From: a bacterium
GTDB lineage: Bacteria > Zixibacteria > MSB-5A5 > GN15 > FEB-12
Reading direction: 5' to 3'
DNA: 64,000 nucleotides
Assembly: GCA_030612965.1 (NCBI GenBank)
Contig: JAUWMW010000001.1
Span: 182 to 64,181 of the forward strand
Below the pieces are notes generated by a model that made no database searches, was not told the DNA's origin, and saw nothing but the letters and a program-made list of their open reading frames with translations. Made by a program: the position numbers and the translations under genes. Positions 26,866 to 35,233 of the stretch are shown here, in pieces; within the stretch, counting starts at the first letter, position 1, and every line of letters begins with the position of its first letter.

Positions 26866-27683
26866 GTCCACTATGCAAAGCAACCACCGCCGATGGCAAG
26901 CCATGTATGACTCCGGCCCAGGCAGGTCGAAAGTTCTGTTACTGGCATCGGCGTGGAAGGTCGACGGCGCCCAAGCCGGCCAGGCGGACACGTAAACGAT
27001 CAGAGCCGAAGGCTATGCCGATGGTCACGATCGTGCAACGCCTGGACGAAAAGTGGCGGCCAGCCACGTTCAAGGATGTTGTCGGTCAGGAGTCGGCCAT
27101 CCGGAAGATTACGACCGTACTAAGCCGAGGCTGGGGTGCCCGGGCCTTTTGGTTATCCGGTGACTCCGGGACCGGCAAGACCACCTTGGCTCACATTATT
27201 GCCAAGTCTGGAGCAACGGATGCCGATATCGGTGACCACTTCGGGCGGATCACGGAAGTGGTCGGACGTGAGATGTCACCAGCTGGCCTGACGGCCATTA
27301 TGCACGACTGGATGTTTGCCGGAGGCCACGCCTTGATCGTGAATGAGGCTCACGGACTCAACAAGGTAATGATCGAAATCTTTCTGAACGTCCTAGAACA
27401 ACTAAGGCCGAACGTAGTGGTGATCTTCACGACTACGAATGAAGGCGAGGACTTGTTCAATGGACAGGCGGACGCAGCGCCGTTCGCTTCCAGGTGTCTA
27501 TGCCTGAACCTGAAGTCGGACGGCTTGACGATTCCGTTTGCCCGACGTGCCAAGTTCATTGCTCGCAAAGAGAACCTCGACGGTAGGCCGATCACGGCTT
27601 ACCGGAAATTGATGAAACGACATAACAACAACCTACGCGCCGCGCTCTCGGAGATCGAGGCCGGTGCGATGCTGGAGGATTGA
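26862..27683 (+). CDS. AAA+ ATPase, clamp-loader (DnaX/RFC)-like, with N-terminal Cys/His cluster
   Basis: WRPATFKDVVGQ...LSGDSGTGKTTLA (Walker A), LIVNEAHGL (Walker B/DExx-like) and VVIFTTT (sensor 1). N-terminal C-x10-C-x10-C-x2-H cluster. Confidence 0.75.
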   Translation: MSPLCKATTADGKPCMTPAQAGRKFCYWHRRGRSTAPKPARRTRKRSEPKAMPMVTIVQRLDEKWRPATFKDVVGQESAIRKITTVLSRGWGARAFWLSGDSGTGKTTLAHIIAKSGATDADIGDHFGRITEVVGREMSPAGLTAIMHDWMFAGGHALIVNEAHGLNKVMIEIFLNVLEQLRPNVVVIFTTTNEGEDLFNGQADAAPFASRCLCLNLKSDGLTIPFARRAKFIARKENLDGRPITAYRKLMKRHNNNLRAALSEIEAGAMLED

Positions 27684-27761
27684 ACAATCGAACGGCATGG
27701 CATAAAGGTATATCCATCAACTGAGTGCTGCACTGAATGCCAAGGGAAATGTTGTAAGGAT

Positions 27762-28154
27762 ATGCCGGGAACATACCACCCAAAAGATATCAAAGGGCCA
27801 AAGCGCAAGGCTATTGCCAAGATGCTCAGAGAAGGACGGGCCGCAATTGATTGGTATGATGGATCTTCAAATATCTACTATCTGCGGCCGGTCGCTGGTG
27901 ATTCTAATCTCATTTTTGATCCGTCCTGGGGTGGCCGCTGTCAACATTTAACGTCTGAGGGTTGTGCCTTACGACCGAATGAGCGTCCTCTCGGTTGCCG
28001 AACCGTAGAGGTAAGGGCTAATCGTAGCTGTTACAATCACTCAGACAAAAAGCAGTGCGCCCATTGGTGGGCCGATTATCAAGATATGTTGATCGAAGTA
28101 GGAAAAGAAGTAGAACGCCAAAAAGGACACAATACCAGAGGATTGAAACGATGA
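27762..28154 (+). CDS. YkgJ-family Cys-rich (zinc/iron-chelating CxxCxxxCC) protein; true start unresolved
   Basis: CALRPNERPLGCR is the C-terminal family motif. The N-terminal signature CCTECQGKCC (27726-27755) lies upstream of the first ATG, in frame with and 42 nt after the upstream gene's TGA. Confidence 0.6.
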   Translation: MPGTYHPKDIKGPKRKAIAKMLREGRAAIDWYDGSSNIYYLRPVAGDSNLIFDPSWGGRCQHLTSEGCALRPNERPLGCRTVEVRANRSCYNHSDKKQCAHWWADYQDMLIEVGKEVERQKGHNTRGLKR

Positions 28155-28390
28155 CACAATTAACCATGAAGCTCACAATCATTCTATTGACATTTGTGGC
28201 CGTCCTCATCGTGGGCTGCACAACACCCACTGAGCCACAGCCAGAACCGGAGAAAATGTCGGTCGATAGCCTGTTGGGAGTCATCGACACCCTGACAATT
28301 CAACTCGGCCACAACAGATGTTTGGTCTATTGTATGGCAAAAACTTTAGACTCTCTCAATATAACCATGCGCTGTGAATGCGGCATCTGA
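28151..28390 (+). CDS. Lipoprotein
   Basis: ATG 28151 has an ATGA overlap. MTQLTMKLTIILLTFVAVLIVGC is a signal peptide ending in the lipobox L-I-V-G-C. Confidence 0.65.
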   Translation: MTQLTMKLTIILLTFVAVLIVGCTTPTEPQPEPEKMSVDSLLGVIDTLTIQLGHNRCLVYCMAKTLDSLNITMRCECGI

Positions 28391-28404
28391 AAGGAGTCGA
28401 GTAA

Positions 28405-29214
28405 ATGATTTCACGAGAACGCATGGACTTCGGGAAGTTCTGGCAAGAAGGGCTTACTCTTATTGAAGGGTGCACGCCTACCTCTCCCGGCTGTCTGCAT
28501 TGTTGGGGACAAGCACAGACTCACCTCCGGGCACAACAGAGGGGCAACCCGAAGGTCATCGCCCGATATGAGGGATTGACCAATAGTCACGGGAAGTTCA
28601 ACGGTAAGATCCGGATCATGGAAAGCGCCCTGGATCGTCCGGTGCGTAAGCGGAAAGGTATCGTATACGCCATCTGGAACGACCTGTTCCATGAGGATGT
28701 GCCCACGGAGTTCATCAAGCGGACGTGGACCATGATGACAGCCAATCAAAAACACATCTTTATCGTGACCACAAAACGTCCACAGCGTGCGGTTGAGTTT
28801 GCACGACGACATCAATTGCCACACCTGCCGAATCTGTGGTTTCTGGGAACGACCGAAGACCAGGCACGATGGGAGGAACGCTATAGATGGATTCAGAAGT
28901 TCTCGGCGGCTCAGGTCCGGGGTGCCATTATTGAACCGATCCTTGGTGACGTTCGATTAACGGGAGTCGACCCGGCTCTCATGAGTTGGATCATCGTAGG
29001 TGTCGAAACCGGTCAACGGCGCAGACGTATCGACATGAGGCACGTCTGGAACGTGGCGAGGCAAACTCAGGAAATGTCCATGTTATTATGGGTCAAGACT
29101 ATCGACAACGAAGGAACCTTGATCCATGACATTAGCCGGATGCCTTCCGGTTTACAGGTCCATAACCTGCCGGCCATGGACGCCCAACATCAAACTGACC
29201 TTGGACTGTTTTAG
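28405..29214 (+). CDS. Phage Gp37/Gp68 family protein (DUF5131)
   Basis: The N-terminal LIEGCTPTSPGCLHCWG matches the family signature (W.p..GC...S.GC..CY). 269 aa. Confidence 0.75.
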   Translation: MISRERMDFGKFWQEGLTLIEGCTPTSPGCLHCWGQAQTHLRAQQRGNPKVIARYEGLTNSHGKFNGKIRIMESALDRPVRKRKGIVYAIWNDLFHEDVPTEFIKRTWTMMTANQKHIFIVTTKRPQRAVEFARRHQLPHLPNLWFLGTTEDQARWEERYRWIQKFSAAQVRGAIIEPILGDVRLTGVDPALMSWIIVGVETGQRRRRIDMRHVWNVARQTQEMSMLLWVKTIDNEGTLIHDISRMPSGLQVHNLPAMDAQHQTDLGLF

Positions 29215-29242
29215 GAGGATGCAATGGTACTGAACGAGCGCG

Positions 29243-29485
29243 ATGAATTCTATGAGCGGGTCAAAACCGCAATTGAACATTTTGGTGAAAGGACTCAGAG
29301 TGAAAACATCTAAGAAAACCAACAAGAAGTCTAACCTGACTGCACAGTTCAAGGTGAGCGTGTCACCGGCAACCCTCAAGAAGCTGAAAGCGGCTGCCGC
29401 CAAGGATAGCCGGACGCTCTCGGCGTGGGCACGGATGGTCCTTGAGGATCACGTGGCCTTAAGTATGAAAGCGAGTAACCGATGA
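29243..29485 (+). CDS. Ribbon-helix-helix (CopG-like) protein; start uncertain
   Basis: AQFKVSVSPATLKKLKAAAAKDSRTLSAWARMVLEDHV fits strand-helix-helix. Alternative GTG start at 29300. Overlaps a 29-aa ORF that has a strong SD. Confidence 0.55.
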   Translation: MNSMSGSKPQLNILVKGLRVKTSKKTNKKSNLTAQFKVSVSPATLKKLKAAAAKDSRTLSAWARMVLEDHVALSMKASNR

Positions 29486-29510
29486 AGATGGCCGTAACTG
29501 ATGAAGAACT

Positions 29511-29837
29511 GTGGTCCATCGGCGAATGGACAGTAATATGAGTAAGCTAATTATCGCGCGTTGTGGCCTCAGGTCTGACAATATAAATGCTGGCGTTCCG
29601 TTTTGGTTTGATGGGAATGCTGTAGGAAGATTGGCGATGACCGATGATGTTTCCGATAACACCATGCATTTAGTGGTAGGTTCTGAGATTGATGACAATA
29701 CGTTCAACTTCATAATACATTGCGCGAAGCGTCTGGCTGGGACCAGCGACCGAAGGCTCGTAAGTATCGGCGATAACCGAGCAACTTTTGTAGATGAGAT
29801 GACGGAAACCGATTACACTCAAGGCGGTAGTAGATGA
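29511..29837 (+). CDS. Hypothetical protein
   Basis: 108-aa ORF. Confidence 0.5.
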   Translation: MVHRRMDSNMSKLIIARCGLRSDNINAGVPFWFDGNAVGRLAMTDDVSDNTMHLVVGSEIDDNTFNFIIHCAKRLAGTSDRRLVSIGDNRATFVDEMTETDYTQGGSR

Positions 29838-29932
29838 GACGCTTGGTCGCTGGATTGATCCTGAGTGTCTTGGTTGCCCTGATCGCTCTGGGTATCGGTT
29901 ACGCCTTGGGCCACTTCCGGCTTTCGCCATAA
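29834..29932 (+). CDS. Tiny single-pass membrane ORF (32 aa)
   Basis: Hand translation gives MRRLVAGLILSVLVALIALGIGYALGHFRLSP. ATGA overlap with the previous gene. Below the ORF-track cut-off. Confidence 0.35.
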   Translation: MRRLVAGLILSVLVALIALGIGYALGHFRLSP

Positions 29933-29954
29933 TCGGCTCCTAAGCGACGATCTC

Positions 29955-29993
29955 GCCCTCCCTGGTAAAAATCACACCGGGGAGGGCTTTGTC
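29955..29993 (+). terminator. Possible terminator hairpin
   Basis: GCCCTCCC - 17 nt - GGGAGGGC followed by TTTGTCGTG. Large loop and weak U-tract. Confidence 0.35.
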
Positions 29994-30189
29994 GTGCTAC
30001 TACGGTTGCCCACGGGCCTAAAACAGCCTGAATTTATGCCGGTCACGACCTCAAAGCCGGTCTTCACTAACTGCGAGCCCATCAGCTTTAATTATTGACA
30101 AGAACCCCTTGCACTTACTACGGATGAAGTAGACGACAGCGCCGATCTGATGCCGGTCGGGTGGCAGACGTAAAAGCAAGGAGCAACCG

Positions 30190-31365
30190 ATGCCAAAGAA
30201 ATCCGGCCGAGCCAGAACAGAACCACCGAAGGCCAAGCTACTATCCATGCACCCCGCCTATCCACTCAGGCGGATGAAGCCGTACAAAGGGAACCCACGC
30301 AACCATGAGGACACGCTCGACTTCCTGGTCGATTCGCTGAATATCTTCGGTAGTCTGAATCCCATCGTCCTACGTGAGGATGGAACCATTTGCGCTGGTC
30401 ATGCTCGGTTCAAGGCGGCCAAGGCCCGAGGCGACAAAGTCTTTCCCGCGATTAAGGTGCGCTTCGAAAACGAGGCCACGTTTCTGGCGTACATGCTTGC
30501 GGACAATCAGATCGCTACCAGGTCAACTTGGTTGTCGAACGAGTTCGGCGACATCATGGACAAGCTCGAAAGCGCCGGATGGCTCCCGAAGCAGATGGGA
30601 TTCGATATCGACATGATACCGACGATCCGTACTCAGGACATTGATATCCAAGCGGCTAAAAAGGCGGACCTTGATATCATTCCAAAGCCGCCGAGGAAGC
30701 TGATTGCAAAACTCGGTGACTTGTGGACCCTGGGCGGCCATCGCATCCTGGTCGGTGACTGCACGAAAAAGACCAACATGACCAGGTTATTGAACGGTGA
30801 CAAGCCGCACATGGTTTTCACCGATCCTCCTTACGACATGAAAGAGGGGCCGCTGTTGAAAGCTCACGACAACATCAAAGAGCGGGCAGCAGTATCGTTT
30901 TGGATGGCATCGGATGCACAGCAAATACTGCTTGCCATAAATGATCGCGAGAAATTCAATCATTTTTTTGTTTGGGATTGGCGAACACCGACGATGGTGA
31001 GCGGCACACGTCCCATGCAACGACACAATATCATTGCTAAGTTTGGTAAGCGGAAGATGAATAACTTACAAGATGCCTTTCATACTATTCTTTCGATTGC
31101 GAGATTGCGCCCGCAGTCTGAAAAGTCAGGCTTTCGTCAAGGCAAGCCGACAAGCCTACCCTTAGAGTTCATTCTCCACTACACCAACATCTATGAGATC
31201 GTGCTTGATCCTTTTCTCGGGACCGGATCAACCCTCATGGCGTGTGAGCAAGTACAGCGCAGATGCTATAGCATCGAACTGGAGCCGTTACACGTTGACA
31301 TCACCGTTCGCCGATGGGAGGAATTCACGGGTCGCAAAGCTACAAGAACACGCGGCAAGAGATGA
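30190..31365 (+). CDS. ParB-like nuclease domain fused to N6-adenine-type DNA methyltransferase (DPPY)
   Basis: ParB N-domain LNPIVLREDGTICAGHARFKAAKARG. Motif IV is VFTDPPYDM. Motif I is VLDPFLGTGST. Confidence 0.9.
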   Translation: MPKKSGRARTEPPKAKLLSMHPAYPLRRMKPYKGNPRNHEDTLDFLVDSLNIFGSLNPIVLREDGTICAGHARFKAAKARGDKVFPAIKVRFENEATFLAYMLADNQIATRSTWLSNEFGDIMDKLESAGWLPKQMGFDIDMIPTIRTQDIDIQAAKKADLDIIPKPPRKLIAKLGDLWTLGGHRILVGDCTKKTNMTRLLNGDKPHMVFTDPPYDMKEGPLLKAHDNIKERAAVSFWMASDAQQILLAINDREKFNHFFVWDWRTPTMVSGTRPMQRHNIIAKFGKRKMNNLQDAFHTILSIARLRPQSEKSGFRQGKPTSLPLEFILHYTNIYEIVLDPFLGTGSTLMACEQVQRRCYSIELEPLHVDITVRRWEEFTGRKATRTRGKR

Positions 31366-32024
31366 CCACAATGCCTAAGAAGAAACCGAAAAAGAAGCGG
31401 ATTAGGAAAGCCGCTACGAACAAGAACACCTGGGGCAATCGCATCTCCGACGATGAAGGTGAGAAATTATACAAACTATGGGCAGATACCTATCGTGGCA
31501 AAGAAGGGTTCGCTGGACTGGCGCGACAGGTCAAGCGCCGTCGCACGTCGATCTCACAATATGCCAAGCGGCATGGCTGGGAATCTCGCTATCTAAAGAT
31601 GCTCGAACGTCGAGAACGGAAAGTCGACGACGCCCTGGTCGAGCGGCATGTTGAGAAGGCGCATCTTATCGAACGAATGGCGGGCAGTGCCGTGCGTGCA
31701 CTGTACGAAGAACAATACATCCCGGACAAAGACGCACCCGGAGGTCAGCGCAAGGTGCTGGTTCTGAAAGCGGATGCCACGATCTCCGATGTCGTCCGGC
31801 TGATGAGATATGAAGATGAGTTGCGCGACAAATTCCCGACGCCTCCGGATGAGGCGACGTCGACGGTGCCGCAGGAGGTAGTCAGGAGCGTCCTCGGTGA
31901 GTTGACGCTCATCGGGCCGAAAGGTTTGGAGGCCCTCGGTAAATTGATCGTAGAAAAGGGACACCGGCTTGACCGGGAAAGACAACCGGACGATGGCGAA
32001 GATCACACGACCCTTACTGACTAA
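31362..32024 (+). CDS. Putative terminase small subunit
   Basis: Basic N-terminus MTTMPKKKPKKKRIRK and an HTH-like LARQVKRRRTSISQYAKRHGW. Immediately upstream of and overlapping the large terminase. ATGA overlap with the MTase. Confidence 0.55.
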   Translation: MTTMPKKKPKKKRIRKAATNKNTWGNRISDDEGEKLYKLWADTYRGKEGFAGLARQVKRRRTSISQYAKRHGWESRYLKMLERRERKVDDALVERHVEKAHLIERMAGSAVRALYEEQYIPDKDAPGGQRKVLVLKADATISDVVRLMRYEDELRDKFPTPPDEATSTVPQEVVRSVLGELTLIGPKGLEALGKLIVEKGHRLDRERQPDDGEDHTTLTD

Positions 32025-33645
32025 ATACCTGGAGATGCTGTTTATCATCGCCGAGTTGTGCGCAGCTACCAGGCGATTGATCGCACGTCACAGTATCGTA
32101 TACTTTGCCTGGCATTATCTCGGCGTCTATCTCCCGTGGCATCAGGAGTTTTGGGTCCGGATGCTGTTGCGTTCAAAGCGGATCGTCATCCTGGGACCTC
32201 GAAACCACGGCAAGACAGAAGTGGTCTCAAAGATTCTCCCTCTGTGGCTGATCTGTTGCAATCGGAACATTCGCATTCTGATGGTCACAAAGTCATTGGA
32301 GCTGGCGCGACGTAATTCTATGCTGATTCGTGGCGAGCTGGAGACGAACCAGAAGTTGATCGCCGACTACGGCGCCTTCTATCATCACAAAGAGTCACGC
32401 ATCTGGCAGCAAGCGACTTGGCAAGTTGTTCGATCCAAAGCGATGAAGGACCCGACCTTCACGGCGGTCGGTTTGTTCGGTGCGGTAACCGGTAACCGCT
32501 GTGACGTTCTTATCCTGGACGACGTGATCGATCAGGCTTCGGTGACCACACCCGAACAGATCGCCAAGTGCAAGGCGGAAATCCAGGGCACCTATTTCCC
32601 GCTGTTGGAACCGTCGGGCCAGACGTTCGCTATCGGTACGCGCAAGAACTTTAACGACATCTACGGTTTTCTTCTGAAGGCGCCCGGCTGGCAGGCGATA
32701 GTGCAGCAGGGCGTCCTCCGAATGCCCGCTAAGTGGCATGTTGAAAAGCTGGAGGAACCGTGGATCGATGAGGACGGCTTTGAACGATTTGAGCGCGTGG
32801 TGATCGACGGCGCCGATCGTGGTGTCGTGCTCTGGCCCGAGGTGCGCCCGATCGAGTGGTGCCTGGAGCAAAAGCTGATCATGGGCACGCCCTTATGGGA
32901 GCGTGAGATTCAGAACAACCCGGTCGATGAAGAAACGGCCATGTTCCCTATGAAGAACCTGAAGCAGTGCACGGACGAATCGTTGTCTTATATCGACGGA
33001 CGGATCACGCCGCGCATCCGTCGACAATACCTGGCCATCATTGCCGGATGCGATCCGGCTATCGTCACCACGAAGCAGGATGCCGAGCGCAAGGACTCCG
33101 ACTATATGTGCATGTATGCCATAGGTGTCCGGCGTGATGGCACTCGCGACCTGTTGGCCGTGCATCATGAACGCGGCCTCTCGCCCTCGAAGGTCCAGAA
33201 GGCGATCAAAGCGTTCTGTCGCCGGGTCTCACCGCTCAGGATGGCCGTGGAGTCGAACGCTTTCGGTATCTTGCACATTGATATGATCATAGAGGAAACG
33301 GACCTGCCAATCATTCCACACATCACGGGACTGAACAAGCACGACGCCTACGAAGGTGTTGGCCACATGGGTATGCTGTTTGAAAATCTCAAGTTCCGTC
33401 TGCCCTACCAAACAGATGAGGATAAGCGTCGAACGGACGATCTCATTCAAGAGCTGCACGCTTTCGGTGCGGACATTCACGATGATATGGTTATGGCTCT
33501 TTGGATCACCTGCTTTGCCATCCTGCGGTTCCTGCGAGGCAAGGCCCTGGTCAGAAAGAGAACACGACAAAGGATAGGTAACAATGTCGAAGAAGAACAA
33601 ACTACAGAAGCAACGGTCGGCGAAGAAGCGCCTGTCGAAGGATAG
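31969..33645 (+). CDS. terL: Terminase large subunit
   Basis: Walker A VILGPRNHGKTE and Walker B DVLILDDVID, with a C-terminal RNaseH-like nuclease region. Start is ATG 31969 or 31993. Confidence 0.9.
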   Translation: MTGKDNRTMAKITRPLLTKYLEMLFIIAELCAATRRLIARHSIVYFAWHYLGVYLPWHQEFWVRMLLRSKRIVILGPRNHGKTEVVSKILPLWLICCNRNIRILMVTKSLELARRNSMLIRGELETNQKLIADYGAFYHHKESRIWQQATWQVVRSKAMKDPTFTAVGLFGAVTGNRCDVLILDDVIDQASVTTPEQIAKCKAEIQGTYFPLLEPSGQTFAIGTRKNFNDIYGFLLKAPGWQAIVQQGVLRMPAKWHVEKLEEPWIDEDGFERFERVVIDGADRGVVLWPEVRPIEWCLEQKLIMGTPLWEREIQNNPVDEETAMFPMKNLKQCTDESLSYIDGRITPRIRRQYLAIIAGCDPAIVTTKQDAERKDSDYMCMYAIGVRRDGTRDLLAVHHERGLSPSKVQKAIKAFCRRVSPLRMAVESNAFGILHIDMIIEETDLPIIPHITGLNKHDAYEGVGHMGMLFENLKFRLPYQTDEDKRRTDDLIQELHAFGADIHDDMVMALWITCFAILRFLRGKALVRKRTRQRIGNNVEEEQTTEATVGEEAPVEG

Positions 33646-35233
33646 GATCGTCCAGACGCCGGACGGTGCGATGAGTGTCCACATGGTGTCGGTGGGCAAG
33701 GCGAGTGGTCCGTTGACCACGTCGACGCAGTCTAACATCCTGGACCCGTTCAGGACGGACTATACCGGCAACAGGATATTGGCTCCGCCGTATCCGCTGG
33801 AGACATTGGCGCAGATGTGCGAATACTCGGCGCCGCTGTCGCAGTGTATCGCTGTTTACACGTCGAACATCGTAGGCTTCGGGATCGACCTCGTCCGGGC
33901 ACGCTGGACGGCTGACACTGAGGAAGACAGCGAAAAGAAGTTGCCACCGGAAGCAGACACCGAGTATATGCGTCTCATGCAGTTGTTCAACTACGCCAAC
34001 CGCAAGGAATCGTTTGTGACGCTCATGCGGACGGTGTTCAAGGATCAAGAGAACTGCGGCATGGGTTATGTGGAGGTGGTGCGCAACCGCGCCGGTGAGA
34101 TCGCCACACTTTTGCGACTACCAGCACACACCGTGCGATGGACGCCCAAGGATGCGGAGTGGACTGAGTTCACGCAGCGCGTGCTCGGTGAGGGCGGTGA
34201 ATATGTCGACATCCCACGAACCGACCGCTTTCGGCGCTTCGTTCAACGGGTGAACGGTAAGAAAATGTACTTCAAGGAATGGGGTGATCCGCGTCCGATC
34301 TCAAAGTCAACAGGCAAGCCCCTGGCGGCCAATTCAAGGGCGGACGCTGCTAACGAAGTGATCATCTTCGAGCAAGAGGCGGTCCGCACTACCTATCCGC
34401 TGCCCCGATGGATGCCGAATATGATGGGTATCCTGGGTGCTCACGACGCCGACACGGTCAACTATCTGTTCTTCCAGAACAAGTCGATTCCGCCGCTCAT
34501 TGTTACAGTATCGGGCGGATCGCTCACCGGCGAGACCGTGGACAAGCTCGGAGACTTCTTTGACAAAGAGATCAAAGGCCTGGACAGCTTTGAGCGGGTG
34601 CTCATCCTGGAGGCCGTACCCGCTGAGGTCGGTTCGTTTGAAGGTGAAAAGGTCAGTCCGGTCAAGATCGAAGTGCAACCGCTCACACAGTTTATCAAAG
34701 AGGATGCTCGTTTCCTTCTGTACCGGGAGGCCGTGGCCAAGTCTATCCGCGGTGATTACCGGTTACCTCCCGTATTGCTCGGTATGTCTGAAGACTACAA
34801 TCGTGCTACTGTGATTGAGGCGGTGCGATCCGCTGAAGAACAGGTCTTCCGTCCGGAGCGCACGCCCATTGAATATGTTATCCAGACGACCATCATGGCG
34901 GACATGGAAATCAAGTATTGGGAATTCAATTTCCTCGGGGGTAAAACGTCCGACTACGCTGCCATGCTCGAAGCTATCTCCGGCGTCAAGGAGATGATTC
35001 CTGTCGGGCAGGTTCAGAAGATTGTCCAGATGATGTTGAACGAACCGACTGAGGATATTCCGGAGGCTCTATTCCAGACGCTTCTGTCAGAGCTGCAAGC
35101 GGCGATCAATGAACCTGCTCCCCTCCCGCCTAGTGCCAAAACCACACCGGAGCAACAGGAGGGCTTGGTTGAAAAGCTGGTTGACCTCAGACATCAATTA
35201 GAGAAACGACTGGAAGAAAGGAAGGCCGGATAA
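33584..35233 (+). CDS. Portal protein
   Basis: 549 aa directly after terL. The pattern ILAPPYPLETL...CIAVYTSNIVGFG resembles the PBSX/HK97-type portal family. Confidence 0.8.
   Translation: MSKKNKLQKQRSAKKRLSKDRIVQTPDGAMSVHMVSVGKASGPLTTSTQSNILDPFRTDYTGNRILAPPYPLETLAQMCEYSAPLSQCIAVYTSNIVGFGIDLVRARWTADTEEDSEKKLPPEADTEYMRLMQLFNYANRKESFVTLMRTVFKDQENCGMGYVEVVRNRAGEIATLLRLPAHTVRWTPKDAEWTEFTQRVLGEGGEYVDIPRTDRFRRFVQRVNGKKMYFKEWGDPRPISKSTGKPLAANSRADAANEVIIFEQEAVRTTYPLPRWMPNMMGILGAHDADTVNYLFFQNKSIPPLIVTVSGGSLTGETVDKLGDFFDKEIKGLDSFERVLILEAVPAEVGSFEGEKVSPVKIEVQPLTQFIKEDARFLLYREAVAKSIRGDYRLPPVLLGMSEDYNRATVIEAVRSAEEQVFRPERTPIEYVIQTTIMADMEIKYWEFNFLGGKTSDYAAMLEAISGVKEMIPVGQVQKIVQMMLNEPTEDIPEALFQTLLSELQAAINEPAPLPPSAKTTPEQQEGLVEKLVDLRHQLEKRLEERKAG

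Noticed and set aside
27681-27683. Genome-wide TGA reassignment (alternative genetic code) as the explanation for the in-frame TGA
   Set aside because: Many well-supported genes here terminate at TGA exactly where the next gene starts, as ATGA/GTGA overlaps. Examples are 1128-1130, 8554-8556, 15715-15717, 19454-19456 and 62743-62745. TGA is therefore a normal stop in this genome.
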